This document shows positions 31,000 through 39,258 of a stretch of DNA of 64,000 nt, one piece after another (position 1 is the first letter of the stretch; each line of letters begins with the position of its first letter). The stretch is taken from the NCBI GenBank assembly GCA_018241995.1, contig JAFECT010000010.1, positions 25,384 through 89,383 of the forward strand. Direction: 5' to 3'. The notes under the pieces are model-generated. The model was not told the DNA's origin. It searched no databases and was given only the letters and a program-made list of their open reading frames with translations. Made by a program: the position numbers and the translations under genes. The stretch comes from Pseudomonadota bacterium (GTDB lineage Bacteria; Pseudomonadota; Alphaproteobacteria; Caulobacterales; Caulobacteraceae).

Positions 31000-31003
31000 C
31001 GGA

Positions 31004-32674
31004 TCAGGTCTCGACCGTGTGCAGGTCGCGGCCCTTGGTCTCCGGCCAGAACAGCAGGCACACCACGATCGCCACTGCGGTGAAGACCACCGGGTACCAG
31101 AGCCCGAAGTAGATATCCCCCGTGGCCGCCATCATGGCGAAGGCCGCGGCGGGCAGGAAGCCGCCCACCCAGCCGGTGCCGATATTGTAGGGAACCCCCA
31201 TGCCGGTATAGCGCACCCGCGTCGGGAACAGCTCGACCAGGGCCGCCGCCTGCGGGCCGTAGAGCGCGGTCGCGGCCACCACCAGGACCAGCAGGATTTC
31301 CAGCAGACGCGTCTTGTCCACGGCCTTGGGGTCGGGCTTGGCCGGGTAGCCGGCCGTCTTCAGCGCCGCCTTCAGGTCGGCCTCGACACCCGTTCGGGTC
31401 TTCTTCAGTTCTGCATCGGACTGGCCGCGGGCGTCACGCGACATGACCGTGGCCGCGCCCACCTTGACGCTGGCGACGGTCCCCTTCGGCGCGGCCTGGT
31501 TGGCGTAGGAGATGCCGGCGTTGGTCAGGAAGGTCTTGGCGATGTCGCAGGACGAGGCGAACTTGGTCTGGCCGACCGGATCGAACTGCAGGGCGCAGTC
31601 GGCCGGGTCGGCCACCACCGTCACCGGCGCAGCCGCCTGAGCCTTGGCCAGGGCCGGGTTGGCGGCCTCGGTCATCAGGCGGAAGGCGCAGAAGGGCGAG
31701 GTCGGCACGAAGGCGATCACCGCCAGGATCATGCCGAACAGCATCACGGGCTTCCGCCCGATCTTGTCCGACAGCCAGGCGAAGACGATGTAGAGCACCG
31801 CCGAGACCAGGGTGGCGACCGCCATCAGCCCGTTCACCGTGCCGGTGTCGAGCTTCAGGATCTGCTGCATGTAGAACTTTGTGTAGAAGAAGGCGCAGTA
31901 CCAGACCGCGCCCTGGGCGATCATCACGCCGAGCAGCACGAGCAGCACGTACTTCAGATTCGCCCAGCGCAGGAAGGTCTCGCTGAACGGCGCGCGCCGG
32001 GTCGAGCCCTCGGCCTCCATGCGCTTGAAGGCGGGGCTCTCATTGAGCTTCAGCCGGATCCACAGCGACAGCGCCAGCAGCACCGCCGAGAACAGGAACG
32101 GCAGACGCCAGCCCCAGTCCTCGAAGGCCTTGTCGCCGAGTTGGTTCTGCACCGCCAGGATCACGCCGAGCGCGCCCACGAGGCCCAGCGCCGCCGAGGT
32201 CTGGATCCAGCCGGTCAGGGCGCCGCGGCTCTTGTCCGGCGCATGCTCGGCCACATAGATCGCCGCGCCGCCATATTCGCCGCCCAGAGCGAAGCCCTGC
32301 AGCACGCGCAGCGCCACCAGGATCAAAGGCGCCGCGATGCCGATCTGCCTGGCGTCAGGGATCAGGCCGACCGCGACGGTGGCCAGGCCCATCATGGTGA
32401 TGGTGATCAGGAAGGCGACCTTGCGCCCCTTCATGTCGCCGAACATGCCGAAGACGAGGGCGCCCAGCGGCCGCACAAAGAAGCCGAGCGCGAAGGTGGC
32501 GAGCGCCAGGATGAAGCTGGTCGCCTCGTTCACGCCGGTGAAGAAGTGCTTGCCGAGCGTCGGGGTCAGGCTGGCGAAGACGAAGAAGTCGTACCACTCG
32601 AACGCCGTGCCCGCGGCCGAGGCGCCGACGACGGTGACCAGGCCCGGTGCGCGGGCGCCTTCTTGTGTGGCCAT
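31004..32674 (-). CDS. MFS transporter, metabolite:H+ symporter (MHS/ProP-like) family, with a large extra loop
   Basis: 556 aa. The MHS signatures are FEWYDFFVF, GFFVRPLGALVFGMFGDMKGRK and YVAEHAPDKSRG. A hydrophilic insert of roughly 110 aa is encoded around 31310..31680. Confidence 0.85.
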   Translation of the reverse strand: MATQEGARAPGLVTVVGASAAGTAFEWYDFFVFASLTPTLGKHFFTGVNEATSFILALATFALGFFVRPLGALVFGMFGDMKGRKVAFLITITMMGLATVAVGLIPDARQIGIAAPLILVALRVLQGFALGGEYGGAAIYVAEHAPDKSRGALTGWIQTSAALGLVGALGVILAVQNQLGDKAFEDWGWRLPFLFSAVLLALSLWIRLKLNESPAFKRMEAEGSTRRAPFSETFLRWANLKYVLLVLLGVMIAQGAVWYCAFFYTKFYMQQILKLDTGTVNGLMAVATLVSAVLYIVFAWLSDKIGRKPVMLFGMILAVIAFVPTSPFCAFRLMTEAANPALAKAQAAAPVTVVADPADCALQFDPVGQTKFASSCDIAKTFLTNAGISYANQAAPKGTVASVKVGAATVMSRDARGQSDAELKKTRTGVEADLKAALKTAGYPAKPDPKAVDKTRLLEILLVLVVAATALYGPQAAALVELFPTRVRYTGMGVPYNIGTGWVGGFLPAAAFAMMAATGDIYFGLWYPVVFTAVAIVVCLLFWPETKGRDLHTVET

Positions 32675-32733
32675 GTGTTCCCCCCTGTCGGGTCCAGGAT
32701 TAGCACGCCGCGAGCGACCCGCAATCGCCCAGC

Positions 32734-32766
32734 GAAAACCCCGCCGCGGGGAGGCGACGGGGTTCA
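32734..32766 (-). terminator. Weak candidate terminator downstream of the entericidin-like ORF
   Basis: On the minus strand, CCCCG-cgg-CGGGG is followed by TTTTC. The stem is short, so confidence is low. Confidence 0.3.
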
Positions 32767-32820
32767 GTTACGCTTGGACCGACGACCGGGGCGACGGGGA
32801 GGATGCCCGGCCGAGCCTTC

Positions 32821-32961
32821 TTACTTCGGCTTGGCGTCGTTCGCCGTGTCCGTCACCGCATGGCCGGCGGCCGAGACGTCCTTGCCAGCGCCGGCAACGG
32901 TGTTGCAGGCGGCGGTGGTCAGGGCGGCGGCGGCGGCGAATAGCACGAACAGTTTCCGCAT
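32821..32961 (-). CDS. Entericidin A/B-family small lipoprotein (46 aa), not in the supplied ORF track
   Basis: My translation is MRKLFVLFAAAAALTTAACNTVAGAGKDVSAAGHAVTDTANDAKPK. It has the lipobox TAAC followed by NT..G.G.D, typical of EcnA/EcnB. A GGAG Shine-Dalgarno lies 10 nt upstream, and a perfect EcfG promoter lies immediately upstream. Confidence 0.75.
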   Translation of the reverse strand: MRKLFVLFAAAAALTTAACNTVAGAGKDVSAAGHAVTDTANDAKPK

Positions 32962-32987
32962 GATGCGCACTCCGGTTACGCCGGAAA

Positions 32988-33012
32988 AACGTACCTGGGC
33001 AGGAGTGGTTCC
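32988..33012 (-). promoter_or_regulatory. EcfG (sigma-T) type general stress response promoter for the entericidin-like ORF
   Basis: The minus strand reads GGAAC-CACTCCTGCCCAGGTA-CGTTTTT, an exact GGAAC-N16-CGTT. The -10 element lies 27 nt upstream of the ATG, and the -35 element begins 8 nt after the phyK stop codon. Confidence 0.75.
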
Positions 33013-33019
33013 CGGCCGA

Positions 33020-34747
33020 TCAGGCGGGTTCAGGATCCTGGTCAGAGGCTTCCGGCGTGGGGAAGATCAGCCGGGCCAGCACGCCGCCCGACGCGCCCTC
33101 GACGATCTCGGCCCGCCCGCGCAGCTGGCGCGCGAACGCCGTCATCAGGGTGCGGCCGACGCCGGCGCCGGCGGTCGTGGGCTTGGCCTCCGCATCGGCC
33201 ACGCCCGGGCCGTCATCCTCGACCTCCAGGGTGCTTTCCTCGCCGCCCACCTTGAAGCGGACCTTCAGCGTACCGCCGCGGCCCTCAAAGGCGTGCTTCT
33301 GGGCGTTGGTGATCGCCTCTACCGCCCACAGCGCCAACGGCGCCAGCTTGTCGGGGTCGATGGTCAGGGGATCGGCGTCCAGCTCGGTGCGCACCAGGGG
33401 GCCGCGGCCGACGTCGCTGGCGACCAGCTGGGCGATCAGCTCTTCGAGGAAAGCGCGCACGTCCACCCGCCTGAGGTCAGGACTCTGGTAGAGCGCGCGA
33501 TAGATCAGGGCGAGCGCGGTGATGCGCTGGCGCGTGTCGCTCATGGCCGCGCGCGCCGCCGGGTCGGTCAGGGAGCGCTGCTGCATGTTCAACAGCGACG
33601 AGATGACCTGCAGGTTGTTCTTCACCCGGTGGTGGATCTCGCGCATGAGCGCGTCCTTGTGCGCCAGCGAGTCCCGCAAGCTGGCGTCGCGCCCGTCGAT
33701 GGCGTCGGCCATCTGGTCGAGCGTCTGGGCAAGGTTGCGTATCTCAAGCGGCGCATTCCTGGCCTGCACCGGCCGCACCGAGAACCGGCCCTTGGCGTAG
33801 ATCGAGGCGATGCGCTCGAGGTACTCCAGCCAGCGGATCACCACCCGTTCGGACACCACAAGCACGGCGCCGACCGCCAGCAGCCAGGCCAGCAGCGGCA
33901 GGACGAATGTGGCGAAGGGGTTCAGCCGCGCCCAGGAGAACACGCCCTGGCTCGGGGCCGACAGCACGACATAAACGTCGTCGTCCGCCAGCGGCGCGGC
34001 GGCATAGACACGCCTGCGATGGCTTGCGTCGTCGGCATAGAACAGCGCCGAGCCCGCCTGCCTGGCCTGGCCGGTCCAGGTGGAGGGCAGGGCGCCGAAG
34101 GCCCTGCGGTCGGTGGAGGTGAGGACCACGCCGTGGCTGTCGGTCACCGCGATTTCGGCGTCGCGGGGCAGGGCCCGGTCGCGCGCGGTGGGCTGCAGCT
34201 GGTCGAGCGGCATCACCGCCACGAAGGCGCCGTCGAACACACCCTGCGGCTGCTCGGCCCGGACCGCGGCCAGAAGCGAGGGGCGGCTGGAATAGAGACC
34301 CGGCGCGCGCGTCAGCACCAGTTGCTCACCGTTCCGCAGGCGCTGGAACCAACCGGTGTTCATCTCCGATTGAGTGATCTCGGCCGTGGCGCTGGAGCAG
34401 ACCACGCGCCCCGTCGGGCTGAAGCGTACGAAAGCCTCATAGCCGTCGAGGCGTCGCACCAGCTCCTTCAGCCGCGGCACGCAATAGATGCCGACCGTAT
34501 CCGGCCGTAGTGTCTGCAGCACCGCGACAGAGCTTTCGATGCGCGCGCGCGCCGTGGCCGCGCTGCGCTGCGCTGCGAGCGTCAGGTCGGTCCGCTGGTG
34601 CTCCGACTCACGCCGGAACGAGGTGACCGCTTCGGCCAGACTCAGGATCAGGACAGGCAGCAGCGCCACGGCAAGCGCGCTCGCCAGCCGATAGCGGATG
34701 GTTTGAAAGCGCGTCGAGCGCGACGCCCAGGCCTTGAACGGGCGCAC
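33020..34747 (-). CDS. phyK: HisKA_2/HWE-type sensor histidine kinase, PhyK-like general stress response kinase
   Basis: 575 aa with two TM segments flanking a periplasmic domain. The HisKA_2 H-box is REIHHRVKNNLQVISSLLNMQ, followed by a C-terminal ATPase domain. It lies 4 nt downstream of ecfG, as in the Caulobacter nepR-sigT-phyK arrangement. Confidence 0.75.
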   Translation of the reverse strand: MRPFKAWASRSTRFQTIRYRLASALAVALLPVLILSLAEAVTSFRRESEHQRTDLTLAAQRSAATARARIESSVAVLQTLRPDTVGIYCVPRLKELVRRLDGYEAFVRFSPTGRVVCSSATAEITQSEMNTGWFQRLRNGEQLVLTRAPGLYSSRPSLLAAVRAEQPQGVFDGAFVAVMPLDQLQPTARDRALPRDAEIAVTDSHGVVLTSTDRRAFGALPSTWTGQARQAGSALFYADDASHRRRVYAAAPLADDDVYVVLSAPSQGVFSWARLNPFATFVLPLLAWLLAVGAVLVVSERVVIRWLEYLERIASIYAKGRFSVRPVQARNAPLEIRNLAQTLDQMADAIDGRDASLRDSLAHKDALMREIHHRVKNNLQVISSLLNMQQRSLTDPAARAAMSDTRQRITALALIYRALYQSPDLRRVDVRAFLEELIAQLVASDVGRGPLVRTELDADPLTIDPDKLAPLALWAVEAITNAQKHAFEGRGGTLKVRFKVGGEESTLEVEDDGPGVADAEAKPTTAGAGVGRTLMTAFARQLRGRAEIVEGASGGVLARLIFPTPEASDQDPEPA

Positions 34748-34751
34748 GCCC

Positions 34752-35345
34752 TTATCTTGGCCCGCCGCTGAGGCGCTCGGCGTCGGCCAGGATCGAACTC
34801 ATGGCTTCGCCGGCGGGCGCGCCGTCGCGCTCATAGTCGCCGCCTTCGAGCGCCGCCTGCAGGGCCCGGCGGGCCCGGCTGACCCGGCTCTTCACCGTGC
34901 CGACAGCGCAGTTACAGATGTCGGCGGCCTCCTCGTAGGCGAAACCGCCCGCGCCGACGAGAACAAGCGCTTCACGCTGCTCGTCCGGCAGGCTGCGCAA
35001 CGCCATGCGCAGTTCGTCGAGCGCGATGGGCGCCTCGGGGTCGTCCACGGCCACCAGGGTGCGCTCGGCGGCCTCCTGGTCGAGCTGGGACTGGCGCCAC
35101 GAGCGGCGCTTCTCCGAATAGAACTGGTTGCGCAGGATCATGAAGGTCCAGGCCTTCATGTTGGTCCCCATCTGGAAGCTGGCGCGCGCGTCCCAGGCCT
35201 TCATCATGGCGTCCTGGGCCAAATCGTCGGCCGCGGTCGGGTCGCCGCACAGGGTGCGGGCGAAGGCCCGCAGATGCGGGATCAGGCCGACCAGCTCCTT
35301 CTTGAAGGCGACGTCGACCTGCGGATCCTGGTCAGACGCGCTCAT
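34752..35345 (-). CDS. ecfG: ECF sigma factor of the EcfG (ECF15, SigT) group
   Basis: 197 aa with sigma-70 regions 2 and 4 (DLAQDAMMKAWD, REALVLVGAGGFAYEEAADICNCAVGTVKSRVSRAR). Its start overlaps the nepR stop (ATGA). Its own promoter type is present upstream. Confidence 0.88.
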   Translation of the reverse strand: MSASDQDPQVDVAFKKELVGLIPHLRAFARTLCGDPTAADDLAQDAMMKAWDARASFQMGTNMKAWTFMILRNQFYSEKRRSWRQSQLDQEAAERTLVAVDDPEAPIALDELRMALRSLPDEQREALVLVGAGGFAYEEAADICNCAVGTVKSRVSRARRALQAALEGGDYERDGAPAGEAMSSILADAERLSGGPR

Positions 35346-35539
35346 GCCTCGTCCTTCTTGCGCTCGTCAGCCTTGCGCAGGATGTCGAGGAACTCGTCGG
35401 GCACGGGCTCGCTGACCACCTGGTCGAACATCTGCCTCAGCTTCACGCCGATGGCCTGCTGGCGCAGGCGGGCTTCGTCGAGCGACGAATCTTCGTCGCG
35501 CAAGGCGCGCCGACGGGAGGTTTCGTTTTGATCGATCAT
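35342..35539 (-). CDS. nepR: Anti-sigma factor NepR
   Basis: 65 aa. AIGVKLRQMFDQVVSEPVPDEFLDILRKAD matches the NepR core (IG..LR..Y..V..EP.P..F..LL). It is positioned between phyR and ecfG. Confidence 0.85.
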   Translation of the reverse strand: MIDQNETSRRRALRDEDSSLDEARLRQQAIGVKLRQMFDQVVSEPVPDEFLDILRKADERKKDEA

Positions 35540-35598
35540 GTTTTCACGTGCGCGACGCCCCTAGGAGCGCGCCGGTAAAGTGCGGTCCTGGGGGGCAA

Positions 35599-35623
35599 AA
35601 CGCAAAATCCGATCCCGGGTTCC
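35599..35623 (-). promoter_or_regulatory. EcfG-type promoter of the nepR-ecfG(-phyK) operon
   Basis: The minus strand reads GGAAC-CCGGGATCGGATTTTG-CGTTTTG, an exact GGAAC-N16-CGTT, about 60 nt upstream of the nepR ATG. Confidence 0.8.
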
Positions 35624-35665
35624 ATGCCGGCCGTGATAATAAGGCTAAGCTTGACGCTTCGTCGA

Positions 35666-35690
35666 GGAACCAACCGGGACCTCGCTCGTT
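35666..35690 (+). promoter_or_regulatory. EcfG-type promoter of phyR
   Basis: The plus strand reads GGAAC-CAACCGGGACCTCGCT-CGTTTTG, an exact GGAAC-N16-CGTT, about 75 nt upstream of the phyR ATG at 35765. Confidence 0.8.
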
Positions 35691-35764
35691 TTGGGTACAT
35701 GCGGCCGACCCGCCGATCGTCGAAGGGTTCGCCGTGCACGATATTGAGTGTCGGGGAAATCACC

Positions 35765-36559
35765 ATGGGTCTTCTGGCCAGACTGGCGCCGCATCTTCCG
35801 TATGTGCGCCGTTATGCGCGAGCGCTGACGGGCGATCAGGCGACCGGCGACAACTACGTGCGGGTGGCGCTGGAGGCGCTCGCCGCCGGTGAGCGTTCGC
35901 TCGAACCGCACATGACGCCCCGCGTGGCGCTCTATCACGTGTTCCACACCATCTGGGTGTCGACGGGCGCGAAGCTTGAAATGAACGAAGCCGGCTATCC
36001 CGGCGACGACGCTGCGCGCCGGCTGATGCGCATCGCGCCGCGCTCGCGCCAGGCGTTCCTGCTGACGGCGCTGGAAGGCTTCACGCCTTCGGAAGCCGCC
36101 CAGATTCTGGATACTGACGTGGATGAGGTCGAGACCCTGATCGCCGACGCCCAGTCCGAGATCGACGCGGAACTGGCCACCGATGTGCTGATCATCGAGG
36201 ACGAGCCGGTGATCGCCGCCGACATCGAGGCGCTGGTGCGCGAACTCGGCCACCAGGTGGTCGATGTGGCGGCCACCCACAACGAGGCGGTCGACGCCGT
36301 GGCCAAGAAGCGTCCGGGCCTGGTGCTGGCGGATATCCAGTTGGCCGACGGCTCCTCGGGCATCGACGCGGTCAAGGACATCCTGGCCCGCTACGACGTG
36401 CCGGTCATCTTCATCACCGCCTTCCCCGAGCGCCTGCTCACCGGGGAGCGTCCCGAACCCACCTTCCTGATCACCAAGCCGTTCCAGCCGGAAACGGTGA
36501 AGGCGGCGATCGGGCAGGCCCTGTTCTTCCACCCCGCGAGGGCCAAGGAAGCGGCCTGA
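35765..36559 (+). CDS. phyR: Anti-anti-sigma factor / response regulator PhyR
   Basis: The start MGLLARLAPHLPYVRRYARALTG is at 35765. It has an N-terminal ECF-sigma-like domain and a C-terminal receiver domain (LIIEDEPVIAADIE...LADIQLADGSSG...ITAFPE...KPF). It is 264 aa long. Confidence 0.92.
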   Translation: MGLLARLAPHLPYVRRYARALTGDQATGDNYVRVALEALAAGERSLEPHMTPRVALYHVFHTIWVSTGAKLEMNEAGYPGDDAARRLMRIAPRSRQAFLLTALEGFTPSEAAQILDTDVDEVETLIADAQSEIDAELATDVLIIEDEPVIAADIEALVRELGHQVVDVAATHNEAVDAVAKKRPGLVLADIQLADGSSGIDAVKDILARYDVPVIFITAFPERLLTGERPEPTFLITKPFQPETVKAAIGQALFFHPARAKEAA

Positions 36560-36592
36560 TGTAATAAGCAGGCCAGTCGCCAGAGGGGAAAG

Positions 36593-36620
36593 AGCCCAGC
36601 ATCCGCTGGGCTTTTTTCTT
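36593..36620 (+). terminator. Intrinsic terminator after phyR
   Basis: AGCCCAGC-atcc-GCTGGGCT forms a perfect 8-bp stem and is followed by TTTTTTCTT. Confidence 0.85.
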
Positions 36621-36655
36621 GCGCGAAAGGCTCGTGGAGCGCTACCGCGAAGGCC

Positions 36656-37303
36656 ATGATCCAGGCCGATCTCACTGCCCAAGTCGACGCGGCGATGACC
36701 CGCGCCCCGTTCATCCCGGTGGTGGTGATCAAGGACGCCGCCCATGCCAGGCCGCTGTCGAAAGCTCTGGCGCGCGGCGGCGTGCCGGTTATCGAGATCA
36801 CGCTCAGGACCGATCAAGCGCTCGACGCCATCCGCGCCGCCGTGGCGGAGGCGCCGGAGGTGTTGGTCGGCGCCGGGACCCTGACCAGCCCGAAGGACAT
36901 CGGCCTTGCCCAGGCGGCGGGCGCCGCGTTCGGAGTCTCGCCCGGCCTGACGCCGGAGCTGCTCCAGGCCGCCAACGACGCAGGTTTTCCACTGTTGCCC
37001 GGCGTGGCGACGGCGTCCGAGATCATGACCGGCCTGGCCCACGGCCTGACCCGGTTCAAGCTGTTCCCGGCCGTGCCCGCAGGGGGCTACGAGCTATTGA
37101 AATCCCTGGCCGGGCCGTTCCCCCAGGTGCGATTCTGCCCCACCGGCGGCATCACGCTGGAGACGGCGCCGAAATTCCTGTCGCTGCAGAATGTGAGCTG
37201 CGTCGGCGGCTCGTGGCTGGCCCCGCAAGCGATGATGGAGGCCGGCGACTGGGACGGCATCGAACGCATCGCCCGCGAGTCGGTGGAGAAGGTGGCCGGG
37301 TGA
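36656..37303 (+). CDS. eda: 2-dehydro-3-deoxyphosphogluconate / 4-hydroxy-2-oxoglutarate aldolase
   Basis: 215 aa. Motifs EITLRT, VGAGT, FKLFPA (Schiff-base Lys region) and PTGGI match Eda. Confidence 0.88.
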   Translation: MIQADLTAQVDAAMTRAPFIPVVVIKDAAHARPLSKALARGGVPVIEITLRTDQALDAIRAAVAEAPEVLVGAGTLTSPKDIGLAQAAGAAFGVSPGLTPELLQAANDAGFPLLPGVATASEIMTGLAHGLTRFKLFPAVPAGGYELLKSLAGPFPQVRFCPTGGITLETAPKFLSLQNVSCVGGSWLAPQAMMEAGDWDGIERIARESVEKVAG

Positions 37304-38088
37304 GCGACGCGCTCGATCTGGAGGCCGAATACAACAACCGCGCCCGCGTGCCGGAGCACCCGGCCCTGATGGCGGCCTGGCGCGACGAAGCCGCCGCCTT
37401 CCGCGCCGAACGCCCACTCGAGGTGCTGAAGTACGGCAAGGGCGAGCGAGAGCGCATCGACCTGTTTGCCGCGAGTCCCGGAGCGCCCTGGGCGGTCTTC
37501 ATCCACGGCGGCTACTGGCAGGCGCTCGACGGCTCCTGGTTCAGCCATCTGGCGCGGGGCCTGAACGCGAACGGCGTCTCCGTCGCCATCCCGACCTACG
37601 ACCTTTGCCCCGACGTCTCGGTCTCGATGATCCTGGATCAGATGCGGACTGCGTGCCGAGTCCTGGCCGACAGCGGTCGCGCCCCGTCCGTGGTCGCGGG
37701 CCATTCCGCAGGCGGGCACCTGGCAGCCTGCCTGCTGGCCGACGGCCTGACGCCGGCCGCCTACGCCATCTCCGGCCTGTTCGAGCTGGAGCCATTGGTG
37801 CCTACGTCCGTCAACGCCAAGCTCGGCCTGGATGCGGACGAGGCTCGACGGCTGAGCCCCGCCCTATGGCCGGGTCCGAAGGGCCGAAAGCTCGATACGG
37901 TGGTCGGCGGCGCCGAGAGCGCGGAATACCTGCGCCAGAGCCGGGCCATGGCCGAGCGCTGGGGCGCGGCCGGCGTTCAGACACGCTTCGAGGCGGTCGA
38001 GGGCGCCAACCACTTCACCGTCATCGCGCCGCTGGCCGATCCGGACTCGGCGATGACGAAACGCGTGGCGGAACTGGCGAAGCTCTGA
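37300..38088 (+). CDS. Alpha/beta hydrolase (arylformamidase / esterase-like)
   Basis: The GTG start at 37300 overlaps the eda stop (GTGA). LEAEYNNRARVPEHP, FIHGGYW, and the nucleophile elbow GHSAGGH place it in the hydrolase fold-3 group. The longer track ORF (36619) is an over-extension. Confidence 0.75.
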   Translation: MSDALDLEAEYNNRARVPEHPALMAAWRDEAAAFRAERPLEVLKYGKGERERIDLFAASPGAPWAVFIHGGYWQALDGSWFSHLARGLNANGVSVAIPTYDLCPDVSVSMILDQMRTACRVLADSGRAPSVVAGHSAGGHLAACLLADGLTPAAYAISGLFELEPLVPTSVNAKLGLDADEARRLSPALWPGPKGRKLDTVVGGAESAEYLRQSRAMAERWGAAGVQTRFEAVEGANHFTVIAPLADPDSAMTKRVAELAKL

Positions 38089-38114
38089 ACCCTCTCCCCC
38101 GGCGGGAAGAGGCA

Positions 38115-39254
38115 TCAATATCCGGACAGCCTGGCCAGCCGCTCGGCGTGGAAATTGGCGTCGCCCCACAGTTCCTGGGCTACCCGGGCGCGCTTCATGA
38201 ACAGGCCCACGTCGAACTCGTCGGTCATGCCGACGCCGCCGTGCATCTGCACCGCCTCCTGCACCGCCAGCGTTGCGGCCTGGCCGGCCTTGGCCTTGGC
38301 GACCGAGGCGATGGGCCCCGCGCGATCGTAGCCTTCGTCCAAGGTCTGAAGGGCCTTGAGGACGGCCGCCTTGGCGATCTCGATCTCGGTGAACAGGTGA
38401 GCGGCGCGATGCTGCAGGGCCTGGAACTCGCCGATCACCCGGCCGAACTGCTTGCGCTCCTTCAGATAGGCGACGGTGCGCCCGAAGGCCTCGTCGCCCA
38501 CGCCGGTGATCTCGGCGGCGACCGCGGCGCGGCCGACGTTCAGCACGCCTTCCAGCGCGCCGTGCGCCTGGTCGACCTCGCCCAGCACCGCGTCGGCGTC
38601 GACCTCGACATTCTCCAGTACGATGCGCGCGGCGTTGTGGCTGTCGACCATGATGGTGCGTTCGATCGCGACGCCCTTGGCCTTCGGGTCAATGAGGAAC
38701 AGGGTCAGGCCGTCGGTCTCGCCAGGCGCTCCCCCGGTGCGGGCTGCGACGATCATCAGGTCGGCGACATGGCCGTCCAGCACCATCGCCTTGGCGCCGT
38801 GCAGGCGGAAACCGTTGCCGGCGCGCTCGGCCTTCATCGCGGTCCGAGACGGGTCGTGCTTGCGGCCCTCGTCGACGGCCAGGGTGATGATGGCCTCGCC
38901 GGCCGCGATCCTGGGCAGCCACTCGGCCTTCTGCCCCTCGCCGCCGATGCGGTTGATGGCGCTGGCGGCGACCACGGCGGTGGAGACGAACGGCGAGGCG
39001 GTCAGGTTGCGGCCGATCTCCTCCATGACCACCCCGGCCTCCACGTGGCCGAGACCCAGGCCGCCGTGGGCCTCCGGCACCAGGACCCCGGTGAAGCCCA
39101 TCTCGGCGAAGCCTTTCCAGAGGTCGCGGTGGTAGCCTAAGGCGTCGCGGCCGTCGCGCAGCTTGCGCAGCGCCGCCACCGGGGCCTGTTCGGCGAGGAA
39201 ACTCCGCGCTGTGTCGCGCAGCATCGCCTGTTCGTCGTTGAGGATCAGAGGCAT
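38115..39254 (-). CDS. Acyl-CoA dehydrogenase family protein (subunit-like, 379 aa)
   Basis: It has the ACAD N-terminal, middle and C-terminal domain pattern. The C-terminal region reads QMHGGVGMTDEFDVGLFMKRARVAQELWGDANFH, where Trp replaces the usual catalytic Glu of the IYEGT motif in my hand alignment. Confidence 0.8.
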   Translation of the reverse strand: MPLILNDEQAMLRDTARSFLAEQAPVAALRKLRDGRDALGYHRDLWKGFAEMGFTGVLVPEAHGGLGLGHVEAGVVMEEIGRNLTASPFVSTAVVAASAINRIGGEGQKAEWLPRIAAGEAIITLAVDEGRKHDPSRTAMKAERAGNGFRLHGAKAMVLDGHVADLMIVAARTGGAPGETDGLTLFLIDPKAKGVAIERTIMVDSHNAARIVLENVEVDADAVLGEVDQAHGALEGVLNVGRAAVAAEITGVGDEAFGRTVAYLKERKQFGRVIGEFQALQHRAAHLFTEIEIAKAAVLKALQTLDEGYDRAGPIASVAKAKAGQAATLAVQEAVQMHGGVGMTDEFDVGLFMKRARVAQELWGDANFHAERLARLSGY

Positions 39255-39258
39255 GTGA

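Noticed and set aside
32700-32706. TTAGCAC, a half-site of the HrcA operator CIRCE (TTAGCACTC-N9-GAGTGCTAA), upstream of the MFS transporter.
   Set aside because: The second half-site is absent (the sequence following is GCCGCGAGCGACCCGC). It is a chance heptamer.
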